From: Fistulifera solaris
Lineage: Eukaryota
DNA: 64,000 bases
Assembly (NCBI GenBank): GCA_030295235.1
Contig: AP026142.1
Location: 558,001-622,000 of the forward strand
Reading direction: 5' to 3'
Shown: positions 62,701 to 64,000 of the stretch, piece by piece
Layout of the letters: every line of letters starts with the position of its first letter
Numbering within the stretch: position 1 is the stretch's first letter
Position numbers and translations under genes: made by a program
The notes under the pieces: generated by a model
What the model was told of the DNA's origin: nothing
What the model saw: the letters and a program-made list of their open reading frames with translations, nothing else
Databases searched by the model: none

Positions 62701-64000
62701 CATGGCAAAGTGAACCTCATCAACAACAACAAAACCCTGCCGAACGCCGTTTCCAAACGATCAAGAATACTGCCAATCGCATCTTAGATCGTACAGGTGC
62801 ACCACCTTCACGTGGCTTCTTTGTCTTCAATACGTGTGTTTTCTACTCAACCACACGTACAACCAAACCTTGAAGACAGTTCCGTTGTTGGCACTGACGG
62901 GTTCGACTCCCGATGTTAGTGTTCTCTTGGCGCTTCTATTTTTGGCAACGTGTGTTGTATTTGAAACACGACTATGGCTTCCCTTCTGATTCTTCCGAAG
63001 GCCTTGGAAATATTGTTGGTATTTCTGAACATGTTGGACCCGCTCTTTGCTGGAAGATTCTGTCCGCTGATACTCAGAAAGTCATTTGTCGCTCTTCCGT
63101 TCGTCCGTACACTGCTGACGACCCTAATTTGCGCGCCGCTCGGACTGCCGGGGAGATGTCTACTACTTCTGCTCCTGTCGTTCTGTCCCGTGAACGATTC
63201 AGTCACCGAGAACAGTCCGTTTTCTCTCAGCCCTCCCGACGACGCAGCGACCATGCCTCCTCCGCCACCACTTGTTGATGTCAGTGATTTGATTGGTCGC
63301 GCACGTTTCTGACGGACGTGGCTTCTGATGGGCAGAAACACCGGCGCCAAGGATTGCACGTCTTGTCGACGATTTCGATTCTTCCATCAAACGAGTACCA
63401 GAACGAATCAAGTTTGTATGTAAGGTTGGTGAAGACGAGGCCGAAGAAGTTTTTAGCTATGCCCAGATCATGGCATACCTAGATCAAGACGCTGGATGCT
63501 CCGGTTTGGAAGTTCAAGCGCATCATTTCGCATCAAGGCCCATTTTGCGATGGAGATCCCGAATACAAAGGCTCTTCCTACAATGTTTTGATCGAATGGG
63601 AGAACGGGGAGATCACAGCTGAACCTCTAAATGTTATTGCTTCCGACGACCCCGTGACCTGCGCTATATATGCCAAGGAAAATAACCTCTTGGATGTTCA
63701 GGGTTGGAAGAGATTCAAAGGCATCGCAAAAGACACAAGAAATTCACCCGACTGGTGAACCATGCGAAGCTTCGCTCCTACAACACTGCTCCGCGCTACA
63801 AGTATGGTTTCGAAATTCCCCGAGACTATGCACATGCGATGCGTTTAGACGAGAAAAATAAGAACACCAAGTGGAAAGAGGCAGTTGCTCTAGAGTTGTT
63901 ACAAATTCAAGAGTACGAGACCTTCAAGGACTTAGGTCACAAGTCTGTTGGGAGGCCTCCTCAAGGGTACAAGAAGATTCGTGTCCACTTAGTTTTCGAC
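59001..64000 (+). mobile_element. Ty1/copia LTR retrotransposon (diatom CoDi-like), multiply frameshifted, truncated by the window end
   Basis: gag 59760.. (LFKRGIKRDPSLFPTLKD); protease LLDRGANGG near 61480; integrase WQSEPHQQQQNPAERRFQTIK; RT start KWKEAVALELLQIQEYETF..YKKIRVHLVFD; domain order PR-INT-RT. Confidence 0.93.

Overview
Gene-dense eukaryotic DNA, most consistent with a pennate diatom: short GT-AG introns of about 60-120 nt, bipartite plastid presequences with ASAFAP-like 'AF' motifs, diatom-type cyclins and a CoDi-like Ty1/copia element. It holds about 35 protein-coding loci, including an RSH (p)ppGpp synthetase, SDR, HMG-box protein, bestrophin, ISIP3-like protein, CRTISO-like protein, CDC50, class I fumarase, SLC4/BOR transporter, DoxX, a CLASP-like protein, Mic10, FHA-PP2C, Bud32, DEGS and a DnaJ protein. 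The window ends with a palindromic tandem array and a frameshifted copia retrotransposon that runs off the edge. Many genes are split by single-base indels, often in homopolymers, which points to unpolished long-read assembly errors. The best hidden signals are: (1) a spliced CxxU Rdx/SelW-type selenoprotein gene with a candidate SECIS, largely missed by the ORF track; (2) an amicyanin-spaced blue-copper motif formed across an intron in the ISIP3-like protein; (3) a CLASP-N protein with a kinesin-13-like C-terminal tail; (4) GGTACC/GTAC tracts recurring 5' of genes; (5) a triple-hairpin array apparently interrupted by the copia LTR. All product calls come from motif recognition, not database searches.
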